DNA of 64,000 nucleotides, from positions 128,245 through 192,244 of the forward strand of contig JAWKNY010000002.1 of NCBI GenBank assembly GCA_041391485.1. The letters run 5' to 3'. The notes beneath the pieces were generated by a model, which saw nothing but the letters and a program-made list of their open reading frames with translations, was not told the DNA's origin and ran no database searches. The stretch's first letter is position 1. Each line of letters begins with the position of its first letter. This DNA is from Bdellovibrionota bacterium. Lineage in GTDB: Bacteria > Bdellovibrionota > FAC87 > UBA2466 > JACKAF01. The position numbers and the translations under genes were made by a program. This document shows, one piece after another, positions 1 through 11,320 of this stretch.

Positions 1-60
1 CGGTGACCAAAGCCCAATCGGAACTCTCAAAATTTGCCTTCGCCCAAGATGAAAAGTTCA

Positions 61-2244
61 TCAGCCAGCCTTCCTATATTGTTCCAGAAGAGGAGAGAGT
101 TCCTCTTGCGAGGGCACTTTCATCTCCAGCTGGCGCATTTTCTCTTCGATGGCGTGAACCATCGCGTTTAAAGTCGGGTCCATCGGCATATCAGGGTGCA
201 AGGTATGCGGGGGACAAATCTGGATGAGGGACTGGATCGCCGCCAAGGCCTCATGGAACTTGCCCGCAAGTTCAAGCTTGATGGCCTCCATGATCTTGCC
301 CCGCGTGGAGAGTTTCCACTCAATCACGGCAGGCGGGTGGTGCTCAAAAATTTCGTAAACCAGAGATTTCTTGGCTCGTCCCTTCAGCATGACATAGCCG
401 GCGGGCCGGTAGAACTGGTAGTCATGCTGGAGATCGATGAACTCCTTGGAACAGAGAATATCGACAGAAAATTGCCGTGTAATGGTCTCCAACCGGGAGG
501 CCACGTTTACCGGATCCCCTATCAAGGTGCGATCTATTTTGTGGTTGGATCCGAAATTGGCGGAAAGCATCGTACCGTGAGAGATACCCGTCCCAAACTG
601 CAGGAGTTCTTTATGCTGTTCAAAACGCTCACGATTCGCTGCTGAAAGATTCTTTCTCGTTTCGACAATCGCCTTTAAACAAGAAGTCGGATCCGAGAAC
701 TCAATCATCATCGCATCGCCGATAATCTTATCGACTCGGCCGCGCTCTGCATACACGGCATCGTTCACAATCTTGAAAAACTCGTTGATAGTTTTCTGGC
801 ACTCAAACGCCGAGTACGTCTCAAAAAAGGTTGTGTAGTTGTGCATGTCCATGAAAGTGATGGACTTGTTCAGGTTCCGGGGTTGGTACTGGAGCGGGTC
901 TTCCCCTCTGTCGAGTTCTTCCACAACATCAATACTCACAAAGGAACGGATTACCTGGTCTCTTCGTTTCAGGTTGGTAACCTTGTTTTCCAGCTCATCC
1001 ATTACTCGGAGCTTGTCCCTTTGTTCTTTGAGCTTGTCTTGCGTCACCACGTTGAGTTGCTGACCAGCGGCAAAGGCAAGTAGCAACGACTGGCAGAGCG
1101 TTCCGATGGGTAGTCCCCACGAATAAATGTAGCTGTGGTCCAAGGCGCCGGAAAGCCACGCCACAATGAGAAACGCTCCCAAGGTAAATGGAATCCACGA
1201 GAGCGCGTAATACAGGCTGATGTTGTTGCTGCGGTTGCGAGTCCACAGCACGACGCCTACCGACGGTAGGACCAACATATGGATGAGCGCAAAGAACCTT
1301 ACCGGGATCAGGGCGTACGCGCTATTGGTGGCAAAAACGGTGATGATGGTCAGAACATCCATCACAGGCAAAATCAAGAGTAGAGACTTGAGGCGGTCCT
1401 TTCCCGAAAAGTAGGGTTTCTTGGGAAAGAGGTCGAGCAAAGCCGCGGAAAAAAGATAAATGAAAAACAGTAGAATGGGGGCAGAAAGCGCCGACCACCA
1501 GAAGTCGGTATGAAAACCGAAAATCACATCAGGAAGGATGCCTTTGTGGTAGGAGCTAAACGAAACCGTGAAGTGAATGGTGGAAGCCAAAAACAACGAG
1601 TAGAAAAGGTAGGTACGGTTGGGATAAGTCACAAACAGGAAGATGTGATAAACCATCAAGAGCAGCAACCCACCAATGAGTGTGCAAAACACGGCCAAGT
1701 CGAAGTCAGTCTTTACCTCGTGCATCGGTAAGGAACGCGCCGCCGTTGCCAAAGAGTTGGATCGGCTTCGTACCGAGAAGTAACGGGTACTCTTTCCGGG
1801 CGGGACCTCAAACTTCAACGCGGGAACGCTCTCAAAGCGTTTCATGGGCAACGTCGAACCGACGGAATCCAGAAGTTTACCGGATTCGTCGTACGCGTGG
1901 ATCTGCTCCAGGAATACCGGATTGAACTCAAAAAAGACGGTGCGCGGAAGCTTCTCATCGTTGAGGAACTGGGCTTTCACCCAGGCCGTCGTGGTCTCCA
2001 GCCCAAAAGTTAGGTTGGCAGACTCCGGAACCGCCCAGCTCTGGGCTTTGCCAATAACATCCCCGATCGCAACGTCATTGGTCTCATCCAGAAAGTAGAG
2101 GATGTCCTCGTTTGTCTTTCTGTCCAGCGAATCGGTGACCTCGATCACGCGCGCTTCGGTTGTAGAGGCTGAAGGCGCACCCGCCCAAACCTGTAGGCAC
2201 AGCAGTAGCCATACTACTCCCAGGATTTTTTGCCCGAAGGTCAT
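61..2244 (-). CDS. 7TMR-DISM-type membrane sensor fused to class III adenylate/guanylate cyclase
   Basis: 727-aa ORF. Signal peptide MTFGQKILGVVWLLLCLQVWAGA, extracellular domain, about 7 hydrophobic helices and a coiled coil. Cyclase motifs ITFMDMHNYT, IGDAMMIEF, GDPVNVASRLE. Confidence 0.85.
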   Translation of the reverse strand: MTFGQKILGVVWLLLCLQVWAGAPSASTTEARVIEVTDSLDRKTNEDILYFLDETNDVAIGDVIGKAQSWAVPESANLTFGLETTTAWVKAQFLNDEKLPRTVFFEFNPVFLEQIHAYDESGKLLDSVGSTLPMKRFESVPALKFEVPPGKSTRYFSVRSRSNSLATAARSLPMHEVKTDFDLAVFCTLIGGLLLLMVYHIFLFVTYPNRTYLFYSLFLASTIHFTVSFSSYHKGILPDVIFGFHTDFWWSALSAPILLFFIYLFSAALLDLFPKKPYFSGKDRLKSLLLILPVMDVLTIITVFATNSAYALIPVRFFALIHMLVLPSVGVVLWTRNRSNNISLYYALSWIPFTLGAFLIVAWLSGALDHSYIYSWGLPIGTLCQSLLLAFAAGQQLNVVTQDKLKEQRDKLRVMDELENKVTNLKRRDQVIRSFVSIDVVEELDRGEDPLQYQPRNLNKSITFMDMHNYTTFFETYSAFECQKTINEFFKIVNDAVYAERGRVDKIIGDAMMIEFSDPTSCLKAIVETRKNLSAANRERFEQHKELLQFGTGISHGTMLSANFGSNHKIDRTLIGDPVNVASRLETITRQFSVDILCSKEFIDLQHDYQFYRPAGYVMLKGRAKKSLVYEIFEHHPPAVIEWKLSTRGKIMEAIKLELAGKFHEALAAIQSLIQICPPHTLHPDMPMDPTLNAMVHAIEEKMRQLEMKVPSQEELSPLLEQYRKAG

Positions 2245-2390
2245 GGTAAGGATAAGTCTCCAACGAGCTTATCGGCTTTTATTCTTAAGTACTTAAGCGA
2301 TTTGCGACGCGGTAAGCCACTCCAAAAGGCCCTACCGGCAAAGGTTTCCAGTCGCGGTGTCCCCCGCCATTCACCGAAACTAAATAAATT

Positions 2391-4609
2391 CTATTTGCCC
2401 GTGAGAAAATCGATGAGTTCCCCGAACTCCTGGGACCGCGTGTTGAGCGACACATCGACGACGACCTCCTGGTTTTCCTTCTCCAGGAACAGAACTTCTT
2501 CAAAGTGCGGGAGATCGTAGGTAATCGCCAGGTCGTGGGGCAGCGTGTACTTCCAATCATCGCCTTTCTTGTAGCTGTAAAGGCCCATTTCTACGCGCAG
2601 CTCAGTACGATCTTCGGTGTTCTGATCCGACTCGTCGTTCCCCTCGGGAAGCACCATGTGGGTGAGGCGCTTAGTGTAGGCCGCATCATCACAGCTGTAA
2701 AGCGGAGGAAACGCCTTCGGCGCGTACTCGGACTCCGCCTTGGCGTTCTTGCTTTGCGAAAGTAGCGCCACTCCGAGATAACGCACAATTCCACTATACG
2801 TATCCAGATTAAGCCCATCGTGTCCCGAACCCTTGGTGGCGTTAATAAACGGCTTCACCTTTTTCGCAAAGTCCTCGGACTCCTGGACCACAAAAAGTTT
2901 TGGTTCTTCAAACCCGCAGCGCGTGGACTTGCCAAGCTCGATGGCGGCCGCCGCCTGCCCGGTCTTTTGGGCGCTCGCCCCGTAGCTGGGAAACGCGTCC
3001 GGATCTTTGGAAGGGGTAGCGGTAAAAACCTTCTCGGAAATGACTTCTGTCTCTAGGTCTTTAATCTCGTCGAGATAGCTTTTGTTGCCATAGACCGGGG
3101 TACCGTCAATCACGACCAAGTTCACGTCTTGAACATTCACGTGCGCCACTAGGTTCGTGTACGGATTCGCGTTTGCCGAACGCGTGGCAATCAACGTCCC
3201 CATCGCTCCGACTTGGAGGGTCCCCACACCGTGTTCGCCTTTTTTCTCAAAACCGTAGTGATTCATGATTTGTGCGGGGTACTTGGTGACCATGTAGTAG
3301 AGCTCCTGGTCGCTGAAGAGCTTTTTGGAGAAACCGGATTTTACGACGTAGTTTCTGGCGAGTTTGAGTTCTTCTAATACGCCTTTGGAGCCGGTAGGCG
3401 TCCAGTCGGAACCAAGTGCTACCGTCACACCCGCTTTCTTCGCGGCCTCAACGTCCACCGTTTCCCCGTACAGTAGGAAGTTGGAGTACGGAGACCAAAC
3501 GAGCCCCATCTCATTCTTTGCCATCGTCTTGAAATCTTCGTCACGAAGCCCGACACCGTGGATGAAACTCACGCCCGGAATGGTCAAACCTGCCAAGCGC
3601 AAAACCTGAAACTCAGTCCAGTTATACGGATCTAAGCGGCGGCCCTCACCCAGATGCGTAATGAGCGCGGAGCGCCGAGCGCCCTGCAGTTCCACGTAGC
3701 GCTTGATAAACTCACTGTGCTGCTTCACTCCAAACACTTCCGTAAAGTAGTTGATGAAGGATTCTTCATCCGGTACTTCGCACTGCTTGCGTAGCGTTTT
3801 CTCACCCTTGAGGAGCCAATCGTACGACGCCTTTGTGTAAACGTTCTTCGTGGCCACTTCGGGTAAATCACCACAGTGATCTTTTAAGTACTTGACCACA
3901 GCCTTCCCGTAGCAGGTCCCTTCCCCGATGCAACCCAACTTCTCAATTACAGGACGGAGTTCGTTCCACAGAAAGTGAACGCGTTCAGGCTCGATGATGT
4001 CACCCGCTGAACTGATGGCTTTGCGCTTACTGATGTAGGCTCCGGTATCCTCCACCGAATGCACCGCAAATTTTTGTGGTTGAGCATGTGGCCCTGCAAA
4101 TAGGCAGTTCCCAGAACCATGGCTTGAAGCTCTGACCACCGGTACGCGGCCACTTGCGCCTCGGTCTTTGACGACCAAGGGTTCATGTTGTCCGACTGCA
4201 CCTGCTGGTAATTGGCCACTTTTTTGCGCCACTCAAAACGGTTCGCAAACTGCCCTTTGGCAGCGTCCCAGGTGGGCAGCATGTTTTGCTTATTGTGGCC
4301 GTGCAGGTCAATGAGGCCCGGATAGATCACGTCGTAACTGCGAGAGCCTTTGGGCTTTAACACCAAAACATCGGCCCCTTCTTTTTTGAGTGTCTTGCTT
4401 GTCTCTTCCACATCGTCCACTTCTTCGATGCGCTGGATGAGTCTATCGTCGACAAGCACATAACCCAAAACCGTACTCTCGGCGTCTTTTTCAAGGTACT
4501 CGCCCGGAATCTTTCCGATGAAGGCGGTGGGTTTGGCAACAGCAGCCGCTGTTAAAAGTGTTTCCGCAACAAAAGAGAGAATAAAACCGAAAGAAAACGC
4601 CCGACCCAT
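2391..4609 (-). pseudogene. secreted metal-dependent amidohydrolase, frame broken once (ORFs 3947-4609 and 2391-4232)
   Basis: The N-terminal ORF has a signal peptide and PGLIDLHGH (HxH). The C-terminal ORF continues the family (VALGSDW, NLVVIDGTPVYG). The frames swap between 4069 and 4087 at an AAAAATTT run on the coding strand. Confidence 0.75.
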
Positions 4610-4827
4610 ACGCCCCCCAAAACATGAAGTTACCTTTTTGCTATAGCGTGCGTCCTTTCATGCTGCAAGGTGTTGTCTCTTTAAAATTAAGAGCGACTAA
4701 GTTAGTCTTCGATATTAATGCGGTGAGTTAATAATTTTCGAGAGTCATTCTGCGAGTTTATTTTCGGACTGGAAAAGCGGATCGGAACGCAACTAGGAAG
4801 ATCTTTTTCTTCAAACCGAGCGTACTT

Positions 4828-6822
4828 TTACCAAAGCTTCAGACGATCCGCTGGGGCCAAGTACATCTTGTCGCCCGCCTTACAACCGTAAGCCTCATAA
4901 AAACCGGGTTGGTGTTTCAGAGGCTCGTTCACGCGCACATCGGTCTGGGCGTGGGGATCGGTCTTTAGCCGCCGTTCTCTTTCGGAGGGCCGCATAGTAC
5001 CGCACCAAGATCGGGCAAACTGCAAAAAGAAAGCTTTCTTGTCTTCCTCACTCCCCTTGCTTTCAGGGAAGGCAGCTTCGTAGGCGAAAGACAAACCCGT
5101 GACGTCCGCAATGTTTTCGCCGAGCGTGAGTTTGCCATCGTGGCCAGCCGCCGCGTACTGTTTGACGAGAACTTCGCCCAATGCATGAAACTTTTTAATG
5201 TCCCCTGCTGACATCCACTGTTTGAGATTTCCCATCTCGTCGTACTTCGCACCTTGATCATCAATCGCGTGACCCAGTTCGTGTCCTACCACCATGCCAG
5301 CACCGCCGAAGTTTGCCGCCTCCGGTGCAGTAGCATCATAAAATGGGTATTGAAGGATCCCCTGCAGCATCACAAACTTGTGATCAGCGGGGCTATAGTA
5401 CGCGTTCACGGTAAGCGGCCCCATCGACCACCGTTCCCGGTTGCGTGGTTTGCTAAATTCTTCAAGCGTCCGTTCCACCCATTGCTCCTGCCGAACCATG
5501 GAGTTTGCGATGGGAGCCTTCGGATCGTAGTTCGCTACCGGCAACAGATCCCACTCTTTCTCCGTCGTGGGCTTTACGAGCTGCATCTTCACCGACTCCA
5601 TCTTCTTTATCGCGCCCTTTTTTCCGCGCGCACTGAGCCAGTGGTTTTTCTTTAGGCGATTCACCATCGCCACCCGGACGCGATCGACAAGCGCGGCAAA
5701 CTTCTTTGTCGGGAAATCCGGATACAGTTCGTCAATGAGTTCTCGATCGAGTTCTTTTCCAAAGTTTCCCATGACGGAAAAGCTGCACCGCTCGGCCCGA
5801 ACCGGGCGGACTTCCGGCCCGCCTAGGTGCTTGTGACTAAAATCAAAACGCGCTTGGTAGTACTCGGGGTAAGCATCGTCCATATATGAGGAGAGGTCCC
5901 GGAAGAGATAAACATCCTTTAATGTATCGACCGGCGTGGTTTGTAGAAGCTTGTCCACTTCAGCAAAATTTTCGGCAAACAGATGCCGTACCAGTGTCTT
6001 GCCAGGTATCTTGGCGAGGGCCTCTTTCAGGGACAAAGACGGGTACTTTTTTAGAAGATCCTCACGCGAGATTAATAGCTTTTTTGAATACAGCTCACGC
6101 AACTCCGCCGGAAGGGGGTACGTAGCAGCCACCTTTTTTTCGAATTCCACCACCGCTTTGGCACGCGCCTCCGCATTCTCCAGTCCAATCGTGGTAAAAA
6201 ACTTCTGAACAAGTTCCGTAAAATCGGCGACTACTTCCGGCTTTTCGTAATAGCTCCGCTCGGGAAGCGTCATCAAAGGGCCGCTATCAAAATAGACATC
6301 GTAGATTTCCGAATTGTCCAAGTTGGAGAGGCGGCCGAACGACAAAAAAGCGTAATGAGGTCCCACGATGCGCGAGTCGACGAACTTCACGAAGGAGGCG
6401 GAATCTTTGTACGGGGCAATCTCTTTTAGCGTCGACTGAACGAGTCTTTTTTCCTCCGCCTTCCGAGCGGGAGCGTCCATGCAGGCCACGTAGTAGTTTC
6501 TGAGAGCTTTGGCTCCGGGTGTGAGTTGTGTGCGCGCACCCAGCTTCGCTAGATAATCCTTCTTATGTTCCAGAATGCGTTCAAAGGAATCATTTACCGC
6601 AAAGATGTGCCGGCTGCGATCCTCGCGCAGCTGAAAGCAGGCCAAGGCCTCAGAGCAAGCATAGTCGTAAAAATTGTCGCAGGGTTTTGCTGTCTCGCTA
6701 ACTTTGAATTCACGCTTGGCTGGAATGTCAGAAGTCTTGCAGGATTCAGAAGCCCCCTTGTCGCGTGTACACGCAATACAAAGGAGGGAAGCCAGGGATA
6801 AAACACGGATGAAACGCAGCAT
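4828..6822 (-). CDS. M13 family zinc metallopeptidase (neprilysin/PepO-like) lipoprotein
   Basis: 664-aa ORF. Lipobox-like LLCIAC, HELGHAID (HExxH) and GENIADVTGL (ENxADxGG). Confidence 0.9.
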   Translation of the reverse strand: MLRFIRVLSLASLLCIACTRDKGASESCKTSDIPAKREFKVSETAKPCDNFYDYACSEALACFQLREDRSRHIFAVNDSFERILEHKKDYLAKLGARTQLTPGAKALRNYYVACMDAPARKAEEKRLVQSTLKEIAPYKDSASFVKFVDSRIVGPHYAFLSFGRLSNLDNSEIYDVYFDSGPLMTLPERSYYEKPEVVADFTELVQKFFTTIGLENAEARAKAVVEFEKKVAATYPLPAELRELYSKKLLISREDLLKKYPSLSLKEALAKIPGKTLVRHLFAENFAEVDKLLQTTPVDTLKDVYLFRDLSSYMDDAYPEYYQARFDFSHKHLGGPEVRPVRAERCSFSVMGNFGKELDRELIDELYPDFPTKKFAALVDRVRVAMVNRLKKNHWLSARGKKGAIKKMESVKMQLVKPTTEKEWDLLPVANYDPKAPIANSMVRQEQWVERTLEEFSKPRNRERWSMGPLTVNAYYSPADHKFVMLQGILQYPFYDATAPEAANFGGAGMVVGHELGHAIDDQGAKYDEMGNLKQWMSAGDIKKFHALGEVLVKQYAAAGHDGKLTLGENIADVTGLSFAYEAAFPESKGSEEDKKAFFLQFARSWCGTMRPSERERRLKTDPHAQTDVRVNEPLKHQPGFYEAYGCKAGDKMYLAPADRLKLW

Positions 6823-6852
6823 GTCGGAAACGCCTTGGAAAAATGCTAAAGC

Positions 6853-8262
6853 TTAGTTGTACCCTTCGATACGCACGTTTCCAATATCATACTTTTTAAG
6901 CCTGCGATACAGAGTGGGCCGCGAAATACGGAGCTTCTTGGCCATCGCTTCCACGCTTCCAGTGTGTGACTTGAGCTGGTCTTCCAGAATCTTCTTTTCC
7001 AGGTGGCTCAAGTAGGTTTCCAAGCCGTACTCATAAAGAACTTCCGTATCCACTTCCGCCCCTACGCCCTGCGACTCAGAAAGCGGCTTCGGATCTTCAA
7101 AAGGACGGTAGCGATCGCTCAGGTGGCTGACCTCAATACGTTCCGCGGCTCGGGACATAATCACGAGGTACTCGACGGCATCGCGCAGCTCACGCACGTT
7201 GCCCTCTTCCCAATGGAACTTCTTGAACAACTCCACGATCTCCTCGTCATACGGCTTATCGTAACCGGCAAAAGCGTTTACAAAGTGTTCGAAGAGAACC
7301 TTGATGTCAGATTTGCGTTCACGCAGAGGGGGGATGTTGACCACCACCTGAGAAATGCGCGAATAAAGATCCTGGCGGAACTTTCCTTCCTCCACCATCT
7401 TCTTCAAATCACGGTTCGTGGCACAGAGTACCCGAACGTCCGCACGCCGTTTCTTGTCGTCCCCCAGACGGTAGTATTCCATCGAGTCTAAGAACGTGAG
7501 AAAGTTGGCCTGGGTTTCAAGCGGCATCTCTCCGATTTCATCGAGAAAGAGATCCCCGCCTTGGGCAAGTTCCACTAGCCCACGCTTGTCAGCGATGGCA
7601 CCGGTAAAAGCGCCCTTCTTATGGCCGAAAATCTGATCCTGAAACTGCTCGTTGTTCAAGCACGCACAGTTTACCTGCTCAAAGGGTCGCGCTTGGCCCT
7701 CTCGCTCAGCCACTACCTTGTTGGACAGCAACGCGAACGGAGTCTTCCCAACACCCGTTTCTCCGTAAAAGAGAATGCGCATGTCTTGGGCCTGTTGAAC
7801 CAATTGAATGGCCCGGCGGATCCCTTCGCTTTCGCCAACAAGCTGATTCGTCTCGACACTCTTGTCGAACGCGCGCTTGAGCACACGAAACTTTTTGGAA
7901 TCCGAGAAAACTTTGTTGAGTTTTAGATTGAGCGTGGCTTCGTCAAAAGGTTTTTCCAGGTAATCGTTCGCGCCCAGCTTCATGCACTTCACAACGGTGG
8001 GCACGTCTCTGAAACCAGACTCCATGATCGCGGGTTTCTCTGGGAAGCGCTTTTTAAATTCGACCAGAACCTGCGTACCATCGTGTTGCGGATCTTTCAG
8101 ATCGATATCAATGATGGCGCCGTCCAAGTCTTCTCTTTCGAGAATGGAAATTGCTTCCACATAATTGTGGGCTGGGTGCAGTTCATAGTTGCCCTTGAGC
8201 GCCAGCTCCATGACCTTAAGGAAAACCGGATCATCATCAAGAATCAGCAGATTTAGCTTCAT
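6853..8262 (-). CDS. sigma-54-dependent response regulator (NtrC family)
   Basis: 469-aa ORF. Receiver domain (LILDDD...IIDIDL), AAA+ Walker A GETGVGKT, GAFTGA sigma-54 contact motif, C-terminal Fis-type HTH (LRISRPTLYRRLKKY). Confidence 0.9.
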   Translation of the reverse strand: MKLNLLILDDDPVFLKVMELALKGNYELHPAHNYVEAISILEREDLDGAIIDIDLKDPQHDGTQVLVEFKKRFPEKPAIMESGFRDVPTVVKCMKLGANDYLEKPFDEATLNLKLNKVFSDSKKFRVLKRAFDKSVETNQLVGESEGIRRAIQLVQQAQDMRILFYGETGVGKTPFALLSNKVVAEREGQARPFEQVNCACLNNEQFQDQIFGHKKGAFTGAIADKRGLVELAQGGDLFLDEIGEMPLETQANFLTFLDSMEYYRLGDDKKRRADVRVLCATNRDLKKMVEEGKFRQDLYSRISQVVVNIPPLRERKSDIKVLFEHFVNAFAGYDKPYDEEIVELFKKFHWEEGNVRELRDAVEYLVIMSRAAERIEVSHLSDRYRPFEDPKPLSESQGVGAEVDTEVLYEYGLETYLSHLEKKILEDQLKSHTGSVEAMAKKLRISRPTLYRRLKKYDIGNVRIEGYN

Positions 8263-8472
8263 GGGTACCCCGTAGAGAGTGGGCCAAAAATAACGCCCGG
8301 CAATATACTAAACCCCCAATTTTAAAGCAAGTTCGCCTAACCTGCCGCGTAAGAAAATTCTTACTTAACCTCCAGATTTCTTTAGGGTTTTTGAAACATC
8401 CCGTCGTGACAAACTTGTGCTTTGGACCCATCGTTATAGCTTCTTTAGAGCTTTTCCAATTTAGGAGGATCT

Positions 8473-9294
8473 ATGCGCGCTTTGAGCAGGACGGCAGTAC
8501 TCTTGTTGGTATCCTTTTACGCAGCACTCGGAACGGCAGCCACCGAGCTGCGTATGAGCCAAACGATTTCGGTCAGCACTCTGGCGGGCGAGGCCTTCGC
8601 CGAAGACCTGGGACACTACACAGGTATTTCGGGCGCGAACGGCCTTTACCAGCAGATATCCGGCCCAGCCTGGGTAACGCTGACCTCAAAAGGCATCGTT
8701 TACGGAACGCCCTCTCTCGAAGACGTGGGCCTGAACAAGCTTTATGTGTCACTCGAATACGCAGGAAAGACGGAACTCTTTCTCGTCGAAATCGATGTGC
8801 GTCACCCGGATGAACTCCCTAGCCTCAGCTTCAACGCCAAGGTGGGGGATGTGTTTCTGAACGACCTTAGCCGAACGACTGGGATGGTCGGTCACTACAC
8901 CTTTGAAAACCTCCCGGCATGGCTGGAAGCGACTGGGGCCGGAGTGGTCGTTGGAAAGCCTAGCACTGCCGATTTGGGCGTACACCAATTCCAGGTCTAC
9001 GTGGACGGAACCGACCAGTCCTTCACGGTCCGCATCCAGGTGCTCCTTCAGGACCAGACCTACGCCCCGATGGCGGTAAAGGTAGGTCAGTTTGTTTCTA
9101 TCGACCTTCTCAAGGCCATCGGGCTGCAGGGACGTTACACGGTTTTCGCCCCTGTGTTTTTAAAGCTTAGCTCGTCGGGCGTACTCAGCGGCACACCTAC
9201 CCGGTTGGATGTGGGTGCGTACCGGATCTGGGTGGAGATCCGCCAAGGTCTGAAACTCTATCGTTACTACTTTGATCTAGTAGTGGAAAACTAG
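8473..9294 (+). CDS. secreted protein with three Ig-like (He_PIG/dystroglycan-type) repeats
   Basis: 273-aa ORF with signal peptide. Three repeats of about 85 aa share G-x-F-x-x-DL...G-x-Y...PAWL/VFLKL...G-x-x-x-G-T/K-P-x-x-x-D-V/L-G. RBS AGGAGG lies upstream of ATG 8473. Confidence 0.6.
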   Translation: MRALSRTAVLLLVSFYAALGTAATELRMSQTISVSTLAGEAFAEDLGHYTGISGANGLYQQISGPAWVTLTSKGIVYGTPSLEDVGLNKLYVSLEYAGKTELFLVEIDVRHPDELPSLSFNAKVGDVFLNDLSRTTGMVGHYTFENLPAWLEATGAGVVVGKPSTADLGVHQFQVYVDGTDQSFTVRIQVLLQDQTYAPMAVKVGQFVSIDLLKAIGLQGRYTVFAPVFLKLSSSGVLSGTPTRLDVGAYRIWVEIRQGLKLYRYYFDLVVEN

Positions 9295-9305
9295 CCTCTC
9301 CACTA

Positions 9306-9349
9306 GCGGCAGGTATTCGGCACGGGCCGGGTATCTGCCGCACTTTTTT
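9306..9349 (+). terminator. intrinsic terminator between convergent genes
   Basis: 16-bp stem GCGGCAGGTATTCGGC / GCCGGGTATCTGCCGC with loop ACGG (3 G-U pairs), followed by ACTTTTTTA. Confidence 0.6.
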
Positions 9350-10698
9350 ACCGCTTCGATCGCATCGTCACAAACTCTTCGGCGCTGGTTGGGTGAATTC
9401 CCACCGTCGCATCAAAGTCGTGTTTCTTCGCACCCGCTTTGATCGCAATCGCAACCCCTTGCACAATCTCAGGCGCGTCCGCTCCCACCATGTGGCAGCC
9501 CACCACTCGGTCGGACTTGGGATCCACGATCAGTTTCATGTAGGTCTTTTCTTGAATAGGGGATAGCGTGAACTTCAGCGCCCTAAACTGGCTTTCGTAA
9601 ACATCCACGTCCCCAAACTGGGATTTCGCTTCGGCTTCCGTCAAGCCCACCGTCGCTAGCGGGGGCTGAGAAAAGACGGCAGCGGGAATGTTTGAGTACT
9701 CCATCTTGAAATTCTTACCGTTGAAGAGATTTTCTGCGAGCAGAGTCCCTTCGCTTGTGGCCACAGGTGTCAGGTTTACCCGATCCGTACAGTCGCCAAT
9801 GGCATAAATACTCGGCACACTGCTCTGACTGAACTCGTTTACGAGGACTTCGCCCCGCTCACCCAGTTTTACGCCGACGGACTCCAAACCCAGATTTGCC
9901 GTATTGGGGGCGCGGCCCGTCGCCACAGAGCAAAACATCGGCTTCAAGTTCACTACCGTCGGAAAGCTTCATTTTTTTGGATTTTCCATGGGCTGAGATA
10001 TTCTCAATTGTCACACCCGTACGAAAGTGGATCCCCTTTTTCTCCAGCTCGGCTTGAAGATAAGCGCGCATTCCCTCGTCAAAACCCCGAAGAATTTTGT
10101 CGGCACGGATGATGACTTCGACCTCACTGCCAAAACCGTTCAGGATGCCCGCAAACTCGACGGCAATGAAGCCTCCTCCCGCAATGACAACTTTCTTGGG
10201 CTGCTCTTCCATCTCGAACATTTCGTTCGAGGTCACTCCCAGCTCAACACCCGGAATAGGCGCTTTAGTCGGACGGCCTCCGACGGCGACAACAATGTAC
10301 TTGGCAGTAAACGATTTGCCGTTCACTTCTACGGAGTTCGGTCCCGTCACCACCCCTCTTCCCGAAAATCTTTCGACCTTGTTCTTGGAAAGCATCCCTT
10401 CGTAGAGTCCGCTCAATCGGGAGATCTCCTTGTCGCGCCCGGCTTTGAGAGCTTTCCAATCAAAGGACGGCGCTTGGGTGGTCCAGCCATAGGATCGCAT
10501 CAACTCCACTTCGTCCGAAAAATGCGATCCGAGCACCATAAATTTTTTGGGAATGCACCCGCGGATCACGCAAGTTCCGCCGAAACGATCCGACTCGCAA
10601 ATGCCTACCCGAGCCCCTAGACCGCCCGACCAACGCGCGACACGAACGCCGCCAGAACCGCCACCTAAAACAAAAAGATCAAAGTCAAACTCGCTCAT
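9348..10698 (-). pseudogene. gor: glutathione-disulfide reductase, frame broken once (ORFs 9859-10815 and 9348-9953)
   Basis: N-terminal part has LFVLGGGSGG and the redox site GGTCVIRGCIPKK. C-terminal part has [15 protein letters not shown] and [12 protein letters not shown]. The frames swap at 9921-9935 (TTTT run). True start is probably ATG 10698 (MSEFDFDLFVLGGG). Confidence 0.85.
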
Positions 10699-10774
10699 GC
10701 TCTCTCCCTCGCCGGGTATACCGCACCAGGAATCAGGCGACAACGCCTTTGGCCCTGTGATAGCGTCTGCGATC

Positions 10775-11320
10775 ATGAGCGACAAACGCAATCCCTGGAA
10801 GACTCTCTCTACCAAAACGCATTACGACAACCCGTGGATTCGAGTGGATGAACACCAGGTCCTCAACGCTGCGGATAAACCAGCAATCTACGGAACCGTG
10901 CACTTCAAGAATTTAGCTCTCGGGATTGTGCCCATCGATAACGAAGGAAATACCTATTTGGTGGGCCAGTTCCGCTATCCACTGGATCAGTACTCTTGGG
11001 AAATTCCCGAGGGAGGCGGTGCTCTAGAAATAGAACCTCTTGTCAGCGCGAAGAGAGAGCTCAAAGAAGAGACAGGGATTACGGCGACGGAATGGAAGGT
11101 AATTCAGGAATTGCACCTTTCCAACTCCGCTACCGATGAACGCGCCATCATCTATCTGGCGACAGGACTCCGGTTTGGGGATTCGGCTCCAGAGGAGGAT
11201 GAGGCGCTTACGGTGAAGAAGCTCCCCCTGAAAAAAGCGTACGAGATGGTACTCAACGGTGAAATTACGGATGCTATCTCGGTGGTGGCGCTACTCCGCG
11301 CTCAAAGCTTAATGCACTAG
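10775..11320 (+). CDS. Nudix hydrolase (ADP-ribose pyrophosphatase-like)
   Basis: Nudix box GGGALEIEPLVSAKRELKEETGI. The N-terminus MSDKRNPWKTLSTKTHYDNPWIRV is typical of NudF-like proteins. The upstream 76 codons of the track ORF run antisense to gor and are discarded. Confidence 0.8.
   Translation: MSDKRNPWKTLSTKTHYDNPWIRVDEHQVLNAADKPAIYGTVHFKNLALGIVPIDNEGNTYLVGQFRYPLDQYSWEIPEGGGALEIEPLVSAKRELKEETGITATEWKVIQELHLSNSATDERAIIYLATGLRFGDSAPEEDEALTVKKLPLKKAYEMVLNGEITDAISVVALLRAQSLMH

Noticed and set aside
3-227. Partial plus-strand ORF at the left window edge
   Set aside because: Most of it is antisense to the 3' end of the cyclase gene. The first 60 nt are too short to assign to any gene.
4068-4075. 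Programmed ribosomal frameshifting at the homopolymer junctions (this site and the 11 others)
   Set aside because: The breaks occur in unrelated genes and in both +1 and -1 directions. They lack consistent slippery heptamers or downstream structures, and they hit essential genes. Sequencing or assembly indels are far more likely.
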